Of a DNA stretch of 64,000 bases, positions 27,165-36,570 are shown piece by piece. The translations under genes and the position numbers were made by a program. The stretch lies in NCBI GenBank assembly GCA_017939795.1, contig JAGBAA010000102.1, positions 1 through 64,000 of the forward strand. The letters are read 5' to 3'. Each line of letters opens with the position of its first letter. Within the stretch, counting starts at the first letter, position 1. The notes beneath the pieces were generated by a model, which searched no databases, had not been told where the DNA came from, and saw only the letters and a program-made list of their open reading frames with translations. Origin of the DNA: Thermoguttaceae bacterium. Lineage in GTDB: Bacteria; Planctomycetota; Planctomycetia; Pirellulales; Thermoguttaceae.

Positions 27165-30100
27165 CTACTCTTTACGTCTCAGCAGCTCGACCGGCTCTTT
27201 CTGTCCCGTGACGAGAGCAGGGTAGATGCTTGCCGCGAGGCAGAAGAAGACCGTCAATGCGAATCCGAATCCGACCTGACTCCATGGAATGAGGAGCGGC
27301 GGCGTCACGATCCCGAACATTGAGGTGATGTGGATCAGCAGCCATGAGTAAAAGACGCCGAACAGGAAACTCATTGCGATGGCGCAGAAGCCGATCAGGA
27401 TGGACTCCGCGAGGATCAGGCGGACCAGACCGCCGCGAGTGATGCCGCAGGACCGGAGGACTCCCATTTCCCAACGGCGCGTGAAGACCGAGACGATCAT
27501 CGTGTTCAGGATCGCGATCGTCGAGATCGCCAGCATGATCAGCGGCATTTTCGTCATCATGCCGATGACGTTTCCCGCTCGCGACTGAAGGGAACCATTG
27601 ACGCTTTCGATCGTGGCGAGCTGTGCCCCCTGCATCTGGCGGATCATGTCGCGCCGGGCGAGAAGGTCCGACTCGCGATTCAGTACCGCCGCCTTGCGTG
27701 CTGCGTCCTGGATCCTGGTGGAAAGTACATTTCGGTCTGCTCCCTCTGCAAGCGGGAACCAGTAGTGCTGGAATTCTTTCGCGCGGAATTCATTCTTCAC
27801 GAGGGCCTGTGTGGTGAAGATGACCGTTTCGACATCCCGGCGCATGAGCGTTCCCGTCCGTTCTGCGAGTTTCCGCCATTCGGGAAATTCTACGATCCCC
27901 GCGATGGTGAATTCTGCAGTCTGGACGGTGTTTCCGCCGCGTCCTCCCATTCCGGGGCCTGCCGAGCCGGGACCATCCGCGTTTCCGCCGCGTCCTCCCA
28001 TTCCGAGTCCTGCCGAGCCGGGACCATCCGCGTTTCCGCCGCGTCCTCCCATTCCGGGGCCTGCCGAGCCGGGATCATCCGCGTTTCCGCCGCGTCCTCC
28101 CATTCCGGGTCCTGCCGAGCCGGGACCATCCGCGTTTCTGCCGCGTCCTCCCATTCCGGGGCCTCTGGAGACTGCGGAATTTGGATCCTTGGGAAGATTT
28201 AGCGATACTGTGTCGCCGAGTTTCAGGCCGCGGTGTTTTGCGAATTCAGCCGTCACGACGCAAGCATTTTCCGAATCGCAGAGTGCCTTAAGTGCTTCAG
28301 CCTGACTTCCTTCCGTAAACGTGAACGAAATCATCGGTGCCTGATTTCGAAATGCGATCTGCGGGTCCACTCCGTAAAGAATGGCCGAGCCGCCGTCCGT
28401 CAGAGAAGCACGGGCTGCGTTGACGTAGAGAAGATCTTCCGTTGGAATTCCGTCGATCGCCCGGATCGCAAAAGCGGCTTCCCGTCGAGCCGCTCCGGGA
28501 TGGAGCGAAACCAGTATGTCCGGAAGTCCGGCAAGACCGGCTTCTGTTGAGTCTGCGATCTCAGCAAACTGTGCTGTATCGAATTCGGCATCTGTTTCGG
28601 GAAGGAAATTTCTGTGCGTTTGTGCGTAGACGATCTTCGCGAGGCGTTCTTTCAATTCTTCATGCAGGACTTTCCCCTGTGTGTTGAACCAGAAGAATTC
28701 ATTCTCCGGAGTACGGAAATCTTTTTGGACCGTCTCCCGGGAAGCAAAGACCATCGCGCAGTTTCGGCCCGCACTGACGCGGACGTTTCCGAATTTCGTG
28801 AACCAGAGCATCCCCGGGAAATCAACGATGCCGATGATCTGGTAGGGCGCATAGCGCGGTGGATCGTTTCTTCCGGGAAGCTGAAGCTGGAGCGTATCGC
28901 CGATCCGCAGCCCGCCGTTTTCGCTGAGTTCCGAGGTCACGACACAGACTCGATCCTGCGTTTCTGCCGTCATGGCGAGGCGGGCTGTCTCGCGGTCTCC
29001 TTCAAGGAATCGGAGGTTCAGCATCGGATCCTTTTCCGCGTAGGCGAGATGCGGATCGATACCCATCAGGATGACGCTTGGATTCATTGCGCCGGCATCC
29101 TGCATTTTTTCGCCAAGCGATTTTTCCAGCTGAGGCTGCGCGACGGCGAGCTCCATGAATTTTTCCGGATCAACGCCCGGCATTTGGCGCAGTGCAGAGG
29201 CCGCTTCGTCTGACGTGATGGCGTCGTCGATCCGAACGAGAGCGAACGGGATCGTACCATCCTGCGTCACGAAACGATAGAGCATCGAGCTGGACCAGAT
29301 CTGGATCGCAGTGTAGAGACCGAGTCCCAACGACATGATGAGTGCCGTCATGAGCGATCGGACCTGATTTCCCGCCAGCTGATTCCGCAAAAAACGCGGA
29401 TCAAAGCGGAAAAGAAACGCCAGAACTGGAGCTCCGACTCTTTCCGTCGCCAAAATGGTCCATGGAAAGAAAAGGAAAAATCCCATTCCGAAACAGAATG
29501 TGCCGAGCGTACCGAACAGAAGCTGGCGTGTTTCGTTTTCCATCGGGAGGAAGACGATATACGGAATGATCCCCAGCAGGATGACTCCCAGCAGTGCGGC
29601 GATAAAAAGGTCTTTTGTTCCCAGATTGCGATTACGCCGGACCATGGAATCCACGGGAGAAACGAACGTGGCGCGGATGGCCGGAACGATCGAGGCGATG
29701 AAAGACCCCGCCAGCGTGCAGAAAAACGCCAGCAGAATATTCGTGCCGGAAAGCGGAAGGAAGATCCACTCGCCGCTTGCGGAATACGCGAGCCATTCCA
29801 GAAGTCCCCAGCCTGCCAACATTCCGAGTGCCCAGCCAAGAATGCCGAGGAAAAGCCCTTCAAGAATGACGCAGAACGCCACCTGAAAGCGCGTCAGACC
29901 GAGCGTCCGGAGCATCGCAAGATAGCGGGTCCGTTCACTCACGTCCATGTTCAATGTCGTGAAGATGATCAGGATCGCCGTCACGATCACGATCCCCATC
30001 GCGGCCCAGGCCTGTGCGAAAATCGTATCGACAGACTGTTTCTGCGTCTGCTGAGCCTGAAGAGTCTTGGCATCCGCTTTCTCGATCGCCAGTTCTTCCA

Positions 30101-31103
30101 GTGTTTTTCCGAGGATGGTTTCCGCCTGTGAGTAAAATTCCTCCGGAGTCTTTTCTTTTTTCAGTTTCACGAAAATCAGATTGACGGCCCCCTGCGCACC
30201 GCTGATCCTGTGCTGGTCTTCCAGCGAGACGTAGACCGCCGGAGCCGAAAGACCGACTTCGGCCGCACTCCAGGGACCACGGATCGCTTTGCGTCGTTCG
30301 CCGCCGTTTCCGCCTGAAAGAGCTGATTGTCCGCGTCCGCCTTTTCCTCGGGGACCCCGTTCGGCTTGAGCTGCTTTTTCCGCGGAGACCGATGCGTTTT
30401 CGGCACTTGCCGTGCTCTGCGAAGCCTGCGGAACGGATGAAGCCTGCGGAGCTGCCGGTTTTTTCTGCGAAACGCCCAGACCGCTTCCGAATCCAAAGGA
30501 AAATGTTCCTGTTGGTCCGCGTCTTGCGCCGGTCTGGGGAGCCATCGCCGTCTGTTTGAATGTGCCGACGACCGTCAGTTTCGTTTCGCCTGCCGCACTC
30601 TTGACCGTCAGTGTATCTCCCGGTTCAATAAATTTCCGATCCCCCTCCGCACCGCGAAAAAGGACGGATCCAGCTGTGGAACTGACGACACACTCTCCGG
30701 GAGCCGTGAACCATCGTCCTTCATCCATCGGGAATGGAGCGGCGTTCAGTCGGTCGATCCCCGTGAGTTTGGGGCTTTGGCGAAAGGCTGCCGACGTGAA
30801 TTTCACGCCGTTGAGCGTTACCTCAGGATCCGTTTGGCGCGCGGAGTCAAGATATTCGATCAGGTCACTTTTCGCGAGCTTTTCTAAATTCTCCGCGGAA
30901 AATCCGTCATCGCGAAACATTGCCAGTGAGTATTCGCCGAATGTATTGCGTACTTCATCGCGCTGGAGCATGGACGTCAGGTCAAGACTGCCGACGAACC
31001 AGATCATGAGGCAGCTGACGGCCGCGATCGCCAGGATAGTGGAACCAAGGCGGAATTTTCGGTGGAGCAGACCGCGCCAGCAGAGTTTCAAAAGGATCTT
31101 CAT
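27165..31103 (-). CDS. ABC transporter permease, FtsX/MacB-family with duplicated FtsX modules and large extracytoplasmic domains (1312 aa)
   Basis: N-terminal TM + FtsX-like topology. Internal TM bundle ~29300-29900. The C-terminal FtsX 4-TM module ends …GQKEPVELLRRKE. The start ATG overlaps the stop of the upstream ATPase (ATGA at 31103-31106). Contains the 51-nt tandem repeat at 27930-28170. Confidence 0.8.
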   Translation of the reverse strand: MKILLKLCWRGLLHRKFRLGSTILAIAAVSCLMIWFVGSLDLTSMLQRDEVRNTFGEYSLAMFRDDGFSAENLEKLAKSDLIEYLDSARQTDPEVTLNGVKFTSAAFRQSPKLTGIDRLNAAPFPMDEGRWFTAPGECVVSSTAGSVLFRGAEGDRKFIEPGDTLTVKSAAGETKLTVVGTFKQTAMAPQTGARRGPTGTFSFGFGSGLGVSQKKPAAPQASSVPQASQSTASAENASVSAEKAAQAERGPRGKGGRGQSALSGGNGGERRKAIRGPWSAAEVGLSAPAVYVSLEDQHRISGAQGAVNLIFVKLKKEKTPEEFYSQAETILGKTLEELAIEKADAKTLQAQQTQKQSVDTIFAQAWAAMGIVIVTAILIIFTTLNMDVSERTRYLAMLRTLGLTRFQVAFCVILEGLFLGILGWALGMLAGWGLLEWLAYSASGEWIFLPLSGTNILLAFFCTLAGSFIASIVPAIRATFVSPVDSMVRRNRNLGTKDLFIAALLGVILLGIIPYIVFLPMENETRQLLFGTLGTFCFGMGFFLFFPWTILATERVGAPVLAFLFRFDPRFLRNQLAGNQVRSLMTALIMSLGLGLYTAIQIWSSSMLYRFVTQDGTIPFALVRIDDAITSDEAASALRQMPGVDPEKFMELAVAQPQLEKSLGEKMQDAGAMNPSVILMGIDPHLAYAEKDPMLNLRFLEGDRETARLAMTAETQDRVCVVTSELSENGGLRIGDTLQLQLPGRNDPPRYAPYQIIGIVDFPGMLWFTKFGNVRVSAGRNCAMVFASRETVQKDFRTPENEFFWFNTQGKVLHEELKERLAKIVYAQTHRNFLPETDAEFDTAQFAEIADSTEAGLAGLPDILVSLHPGAARREAAFAIRAIDGIPTEDLLYVNAARASLTDGGSAILYGVDPQIAFRNQAPMISFTFTEGSQAEALKALCDSENACVVTAEFAKHRGLKLGDTVSLNLPKDPNSAVSRGPGMGGRGRNADGPGSAGPGMGGRGGNADDPGSAGPGMGGRGGNADGPGSAGLGMGGRGGNADGPGSAGPGMGGRGGNTVQTAEFTIAGIVEFPEWRKLAERTGTLMRRDVETVIFTTQALVKNEFRAKEFQHYWFPLAEGADRNVLSTRIQDAARKAAVLNRESDLLARRDMIRQMQGAQLATIESVNGSLQSRAGNVIGMMTKMPLIMLAISTIAILNTMIVSVFTRRWEMGVLRSCGITRGGLVRLILAESILIGFCAIAMSFLFGVFYSWLLIHITSMFGIVTPPLLIPWSQVGFGFALTVFFCLAASIYPALVTGQKEPVELLRRKE
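27930..28170. repeat. Near-perfect 51-nt tandem repeat (~4.7 copies) encoding (GPGMGGRGGNADGPGSA)n within the ABC permease
   Basis: Unit gtttccgccgcgtcctcccattccggggcctgccgagccgggaccatccgc repeated head-to-tail with 1-2 substitutions per copy. Confidence 0.9.
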
Positions 31104-31105
31104 GT

Positions 31106-31873
31106 TCAGACCTCCTGATTTCGTGCGCTTCGGAATTCCTCGGCCGACATGTCGCGAAAGATCCTGCCGTCTTTCAGCACGATGACCCGGTCCGCCCAGC
31201 GTGCCATGGCCGGCTCGTGCGTCACGACGACCATCGTGTGCTTCCGCTCATCGCAGAGTTCACGGAGCAGCCGGCAGATGATCTCGCTGTTCGCCGTGTC
31301 GAGATTTCCGGTCGGTTCGTCCGCGAAAAGAAGCGAATTGCGGGAATTTTCGTCAAGGAAATCCGTGAAGAGTGCCCGTGCGATCGCGACACGCTGCTGT
31401 TCGCCGCCGGAAAGTGCGTCCGGATAGTGTTTGCGCCGGTCTGTGAGCTGAAGACGGTGGAGGATCTGATCCATCGCTTCCGCCATTTTGGCTTTCCCGC
31501 ATGACGGCGTACCGCCAGCCAGGATCGGAAGCAGGATATTTTCCTCGGCAGTGAGCGTCGGGATCAGGTTGAAAGCCTGGAAAACGATGCCGATATTTTG
31601 ACGTCGAAAATGCGTGAGCTGTCGATCTGAAAGCGATGAAAGCCGCGTTTCGCCGATCTGAACGTTTCCGGAACTCGCTTTCGTCAGCCCAGACGCTACG
31701 TGGAGCAGTGTGCTTTTTCCGGAACCGCTCGATCCCATCACGGCAAGAAATTGACCGTGAGGGACACTTAGCGAAACATCATCCAATGCCTTTACGTCGG
31801 CGGAACCGTCGGCACTGCCTCCGCGGTAGATCTTCGTGATGTTTTCGAAATGTAAATGGATATTCTCGCTCAT
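31106..31873 (-). CDS. ABC transporter ATP-binding protein (MacB/LolD-like)
   Basis: Walker A GSSGSGKST, ABC signature LSGGEQQRVAIARAL, Walker B LLFADEPTGNLD, H-loop VVVTHE. Confidence 0.9.
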   Translation of the reverse strand: MSENIHLHFENITKIYRGGSADGSADVKALDDVSLSVPHGQFLAVMGSSGSGKSTLLHVASGLTKASSGNVQIGETRLSSLSDRQLTHFRRQNIGIVFQAFNLIPTLTAEENILLPILAGGTPSCGKAKMAEAMDQILHRLQLTDRRKHYPDALSGGEQQRVAIARALFTDFLDENSRNSLLFADEPTGNLDTANSEIICRLLRELCDERKHTMVVVTHEPAMARWADRVIVLKDGRIFRDMSAEEFRSARNQEV

Positions 31874-32056
31874 GGAGTCCTTCTCCTGGAATTTTAGGTG
31901 ATTCGTGAACTGAAAAAGAGTGGAAGGTCAGACGATCGATGCGAATGCTGCAAAACAGCGCAGACCAGATCCTGAGATCCATCTTTTTTGGGAATGCCAA
32001 TGTCGAAAACTGCTGCTGTTTCGCCGATCTCTGAGAGACAAAGAGAGCAGATCCAA

Positions 32057-33076
32057 TCAAATCAAAAGTACCGGTCTATGTCCGGCAGACATACTGCCTG
32101 TGAGCCGGAATATGGTGGTTTCCGGCATCCTGTCCTGAGGAGAAAAGCAGAAACTATCCAGTGGATTCTGTGTCTGCATGGAAATTGCAAGCAGATTTCG
32201 GACTTCCGATGTCGGTCCGGATGAAACAGATGCCGTCAGGTGCGGAAACGAACGGTACGGGTTGGGTATCCGATTCGGGGTTCGGTCTGTCTGCCATGCG
32301 CAGATCTGTTCGGAAACTGACTGCCAGCGGGAAAGGACTCGGCTTTCGCAGAAACTCTCTGTCCAGTGCGATACATCGAGAGATTTGCCGACAGCCGCAA
32401 GACGAAACTGTTCTGCGGTCGGGAACGTCAGCTGCGTTCCACAGGACGCACAGTCTTTCAGCGCAAATATTCGCGCACGATCCACACTTTCTCCTGGTTC
32501 CAGCTGCGCCAGTGCCTGAAGAAGGAATTCTGTTTCAGAAATGGGAGTGATCGGTAAACGTGTTCCGGAATATGTTTGGGTTTCGGAAAAACGATTGGAC
32601 TGCGTCACCGTCCGCCAGCCGTCGCGGACGATCTGGAGCGCTTCTGCTTTCGGGAGTCTTCCAGCCTGTGCTGTTTTTTGGAATTGGTCTGCACGTTTTT
32701 GGAGTTTCCCAAGGAGCTGTTCCCGGAAGAAAATTTCGTTTTCAAGAACTTCATCGCGCAGATCGGAAGACGGACACGGAAACCTGCCCTGAAACAGTGA
32801 AATGGATGCAGGACCGGGACGGAAATCAGATTTGAAAATACTGCTGCCGTATTCGTCGCAGATCAGCGAGGAAAAACGCAATTGGTCCGCGGAATTGTCT
32901 TTGGAAATCTGTTTTGATTTTGAAAAATTGGACTGTGATGCTGAAACGAAGGCGGGGATCGCAGGATGCGGTTTCGGAGATCGGTTCGCCATGAAAACGT
33001 AAGATCCCGCGCAGATGAGCATCCAGAATGCTCCTGCTGCCGCAAAAATGCAAATGAGCGGGCTTTTTCGTTTCAT
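32057..33076 (-). CDS. Hypothetical membrane-anchored protein upstream of the ABC ATPase/permease pair
   Basis: Start MKRKSPLICIFAAAGAFWMLICAGSY (AGGAGA RBS; the track ORF starts at 33118). Single N-terminal TM; no recognisable domain. Confidence 0.55.
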   Translation of the reverse strand: MKRKSPLICIFAAAGAFWMLICAGSYVFMANRSPKPHPAIPAFVSASQSNFSKSKQISKDNSADQLRFSSLICDEYGSSIFKSDFRPGPASISLFQGRFPCPSSDLRDEVLENEIFFREQLLGKLQKRADQFQKTAQAGRLPKAEALQIVRDGWRTVTQSNRFSETQTYSGTRLPITPISETEFLLQALAQLEPGESVDRARIFALKDCASCGTQLTFPTAEQFRLAAVGKSLDVSHWTESFCESRVLSRWQSVSEQICAWQTDRTPNRIPNPYRSFPHLTASVSSGPTSEVRNLLAISMQTQNPLDSFCFSPQDRMPETTIFRLTGSMSAGHRPVLLI

Positions 33077-33255
33077 AAAAAATCTCCTGACTCTTTCATT
33101 ATACGAAATTTCGCGCAAATGTCAAGAAAAAAGGTCGGGATTTTTTCAGGTTTTTGGGAATTTTCAGGAAAAAAGCCCCGTCGAAAATTTCTTTTACGAC
33201 GGGGCCAGTGATGGTGTGCCTATCGGATCGTCTGCGTCAGCCGCTGTTTTTCAGC

Positions 33256-36200
33256 TTACGCTTGTGCTGAATTTTTGCGGTTCCTTCGCAGGATACCGAG
33301 TCCGAACGCGCCGAGAACGAGTAGTGCCCAAGTGGAAGGTTCCGGCACTCCATCCCCTTCGGAGATCGGTTTGAAGCGGAGGATGCCGTCGCCGCCTGCC
33401 ATCAGACCGGTGAGGTCCCAGTTCGCTTCATCGTAAAGACTTGAAAGCGAGAAATCCGCGAAATTGAACGTCATTTCGCCGTTTTCGGAATCGAAAAGCT
33501 CAAATTCGTACGTGTCGCTGATCTCGCCGACGATGTCGATGAAGATCTCGCCGTTGAGTTCCAGGTCTTCTGCCGTAATCAGGCGGTCATGTTCGCCGGA
33601 GGTGAGGTCGATCTCCATGAAGATCTTCCCATCCTTCCCCTGCGTATAGCTTCCGTCGATCGTCAGGTCCGTGAGTTCTTTTTCGTACGTGACCATCGCG
33701 AAATTCTCGTTCGAGTTCGTGCGGAGATCCGTGACGTTTCCGGCGGAGTCGGTCATCGCCGCTTTGTTGATATTCTGTCCGCCCCAGCCGTCATAGTACC
33801 GCATGTCGAAATGGTGCCAGCCTTCGGCAAGCTGGATCGGAGTGCTGACGCTGTCTCTTCCCCACGGAGAACCCGACTGAACGGTACTCATTTCCGCGAC
33901 TTTCTGTCCGTCCACGTAAATGAATCCGCCGTCGTCCGCGTTGAAGGAGAACGTGTACGTGTCCGCTTTGTCGACGTAGATCCAGCCGTCGTACAGTACC
34001 GTGAAGTAGTCTTCGTTCACGAGTCCGCTTCCGACCGCGCCGAGACCAGAGGCCGCGGGTGTCGCGTTTTGGGCTTTTTCCCAGAATGCGTCGATCTCAT
34101 CATACGTCGGAACATAGTGATTATCGGAACCAGATGCTGTGTATCCGGGGAAGGCGTCATTCACGCCAGTCCACTTCTGCCGGGTCCAGGTCAATCCTTG
34201 CGCAACGTGCCCGCCGACGGAGAGAATGCCGCCGTTCTGGGTGAGATCACCCGTGACCGATTTCGTCATGAGCGTGCCGCCGGTCCAGGTCATATGCTGG
34301 GCATTCGCGAGCGAGGCCGTTTCAAACAGACCGCCGGAGAAGGTCATTTTGCCGTCACCCGTGACCTGAATGGTTGAATCCTGTTTGACTTTGAGCACGC
34401 CGCCTTTGAGTTCCAGTCGACCGACAGCCGCGTTATTATTGTGGGAGACGTACATGTGGTCCGCAGTATGGAAACCGCCCGTCTGCGTGTAGGTCCCCGT
34501 TCCGCGGTTTCCGATGGAGAGCCACTGCGAAGAGACCGTTCCCGCCGAGACGTTTACCGTACCGGTCGAACCTGCACCGTCGGCGATCGACATATACCGT
34601 TCAGCCGCAAATGTGCCGCCGTTGATGTTGAGTGTTCCTTGGCTTTTGTCGGTGCCGCCGATATTCACGTTCGTTCCGGAAATGGAACCGCCGGTCTGGG
34701 TGAGTGAGCCGGTTTTGCGATTTCCGACCAGCAAGTTTTGTGCCGTCAGAGTTCCGCCGGAAACGTTAGCCGTTCCGGTCGCGGTGGGCTGATCCGCGAT
34801 CGTGAAGTAGACTTTGGCAGTAAATGAACCGCCGGTTTGATTATATATTCCCGTTCCATATTGGCCGACATTAATGTTCTGGACGGTGGAAGTACCTCCC
34901 TTGACGTTCATGGTTCCCGTGCCGCCGGACACTGGAGCCAGGTCGATCCCGCAGGCATTGCTGATCGTTGGAATGATGCTGAGCGTTCCATTGTTCACGT
35001 TGATCGTACCGCTGCTGCCTGCAGTTGAACCGACCTTAAGGATGCTGCCTGAAGAAAACGTTCCGCTGTTGAGCGTAAGCGTACCCGTTCCGGTGCTGCC
35101 GATATAAAGGTAGGAAGCATGTCCGCCGTCATTTTTGAACGTACCGCCGTTGACGACGACCTCTTTCAGGGGGGTGGTGGAATCGATCGTGAGCGGTGTG
35201 TTGAATTCCAGCGTTCCGCCGCTCTTCACATCAAGCGAAGCGGCTTCGATCGTTCCGCCGCCGTAGTAGACGTTCGTCGTGACTGCGTTCGTTCGGAGCG
35301 TTCCGCCGGAAATGACAGAGAGGGACTGTGCGCCCTTCTGTGTATCTGCCGTCGCGATGAGGATCGCCGAACCGTCTGTTTTTCCAGACCCGACGGTCAG
35401 CGACTTCACGACCGGAGACGCGGCCATGGTGAGCGTTCCGCCGTTGACGAAGGCGTGGGAGTTCGCGGCCAGTGTGCTCTGGTTTCCCGCGTCATTCGTC
35501 CAGCTGGCGTCTCCCCAATTTCCCGTTCCGGAATTCCAGACATACGTTGCGGTCCCGTTTTTCATGATGTCGGTATGCGCCGCCATTTCCCCCGCAGTCA
35601 GCGCGTGGTCAAAGATGCGGATCTCGCCAATGTCGCCGGCGTACCAGCCGCCGTCCGCGCCCATCTTGCCGATGAACATCGTGGTGTTGTTTCGGGCCGC
35701 GGCAGAGCCGTCATCCATGCTGGAAAGTACGCCGTTGATCCAGCTGCCGGTCGCCCCGCCGCTCACGGTCATCCCCGCGATCGCGTTCGTGCCGACTGCG
35801 ACGGTGGCTTTGGAGTCCACGGTCAATCCATTTGTTCCCACAACAACGTGACCGTCGGAGTCGTATCCGAGTCCCCAGTCGTTGACGACGCCGCCCTGTT
35901 CCGCCGCGACGAGACCGGAATCCTGATAAAATTGTCCGTTGCCTGTGGAACCTGCCGCGCTCGGCGTGAAATCGACGAGGATCGTGTAGTTCGTTTTTCC
36001 TGCGACCGGGTTGTTGGTGACGTTAAAGAACGCACCGGCGTCCTTCACTCCGCTTCCAGATCTGGTGAAAGTGATTCCGTTTCCAGTCGCGTTGAGGTAG
36101 GGATAGACTCCTTTTCCGCTGTCTGTCGCGGCTGCCTGGATCCCGGAAATGCGGTCCGTCCAGTTTGCGGCAGTGCCCTGATTCGTGTTCGTGAAATCCT

Positions 36201-36321
36201 CCGCGACCCACCACGCAGTGATGCCGCCGGCATTCTGTGCGGATGCGTTTTGCGAAACGGTGTGCGAAATCAACGGAGTACTGAAACAGGCAGCCAGTAA
36301 AATTGCGGTCGTCTTTTTCAT
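33256..36321 (-). CDS. PEP-CTERM-anchored protein with N-terminal LamG-like lectin domain, beta-helix GGT/GSGT repeats and a PA14 domain
   Basis: Signal peptide MKKTTAILLAACFSTPLIS. LamG-like segment (…WINGVLSS…GDIGEIRIFDHALTAGEMAA). PA14-like segment (…DYFTVLYDGWIYVDKADTYTFSFNADDGGFIYVDGQKVAEM…). C-terminus GVPEPSTWALLVLGAFGLGILRRNRKNSAQA. Confidence 0.85.
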   Translation of the reverse strand: MKKTTAILLAACFSTPLISHTVSQNASAQNAGGITAWWVAEDFTNTNQGTAANWTDRISGIQAAATDSGKGVYPYLNATGNGITFTRSGSGVKDAGAFFNVTNNPVAGKTNYTILVDFTPSAAGSTGNGQFYQDSGLVAAEQGGVVNDWGLGYDSDGHVVVGTNGLTVDSKATVAVGTNAIAGMTVSGGATGSWINGVLSSMDDGSAAARNNTTMFIGKMGADGGWYAGDIGEIRIFDHALTAGEMAAHTDIMKNGTATYVWNSGTGNWGDASWTNDAGNQSTLAANSHAFVNGGTLTMAASPVVKSLTVGSGKTDGSAILIATADTQKGAQSLSVISGGTLRTNAVTTNVYYGGGTIEAASLDVKSGGTLEFNTPLTIDSTTPLKEVVVNGGTFKNDGGHASYLYIGSTGTGTLTLNSGTFSSGSILKVGSTAGSSGTINVNNGTLSIIPTISNACGIDLAPVSGGTGTMNVKGGTSTVQNINVGQYGTGIYNQTGGSFTAKVYFTIADQPTATGTANVSGGTLTAQNLLVGNRKTGSLTQTGGSISGTNVNIGGTDKSQGTLNINGGTFAAERYMSIADGAGSTGTVNVSAGTVSSQWLSIGNRGTGTYTQTGGFHTADHMYVSHNNNAAVGRLELKGGVLKVKQDSTIQVTGDGKMTFSGGLFETASLANAQHMTWTGGTLMTKSVTGDLTQNGGILSVGGHVAQGLTWTRQKWTGVNDAFPGYTASGSDNHYVPTYDEIDAFWEKAQNATPAASGLGAVGSGLVNEDYFTVLYDGWIYVDKADTYTFSFNADDGGFIYVDGQKVAEMSTVQSGSPWGRDSVSTPIQLAEGWHHFDMRYYDGWGGQNINKAAMTDSAGNVTDLRTNSNENFAMVTYEKELTDLTIDGSYTQGKDGKIFMEIDLTSGEHDRLITAEDLELNGEIFIDIVGEISDTYEFELFDSENGEMTFNFADFSLSSLYDEANWDLTGLMAGGDGILRFKPISEGDGVPEPSTWALLVLGAFGLGILRRNRKNSAQA

Positions 36322-36522
36322 GTTTTCCCCAAATGTGTTTCAGGTTTTCGGTAATGAAACGGTGTTTGAATGATTCAAAATTTAAATTTACTGTATAGTA
36401 TATGTTGACTGCGCAGAATGTCAAGTATTTTCTGAAAATTTTTTAGAATTTTAGGTGGAATGTCTAAAGGTGGGTGCGTTTTTGTGGAAAGTAATGAATT
36501 GAATGGAATTTTGGGCGGAGAT

Positions 36523-36554
36523 CCCTGCCGAAGAAAAGGCTCCTTCGGCAGGGA
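36523..36554. terminator. Hairpin (ccctgccgaag-N10-cttcggcaggg) between the tandem PA14/PEP-CTERM paralogs
   Basis: Perfect 11-bp stem. A T-rich run follows on the plus strand only, so terminator function for the minus-strand gene is uncertain. Confidence 0.35.
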
Positions 36555-36570
36555 AAATCTGTTTTTCAGT

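Noticed and set aside
33589-36300. 262- and 393-aa + strand ORFs inside the PA14/PEP-CTERM gene
   Set aside because: Antisense shadows, R/V/D-rich. The minus strand has LamG/PA14/PEP-CTERM features.
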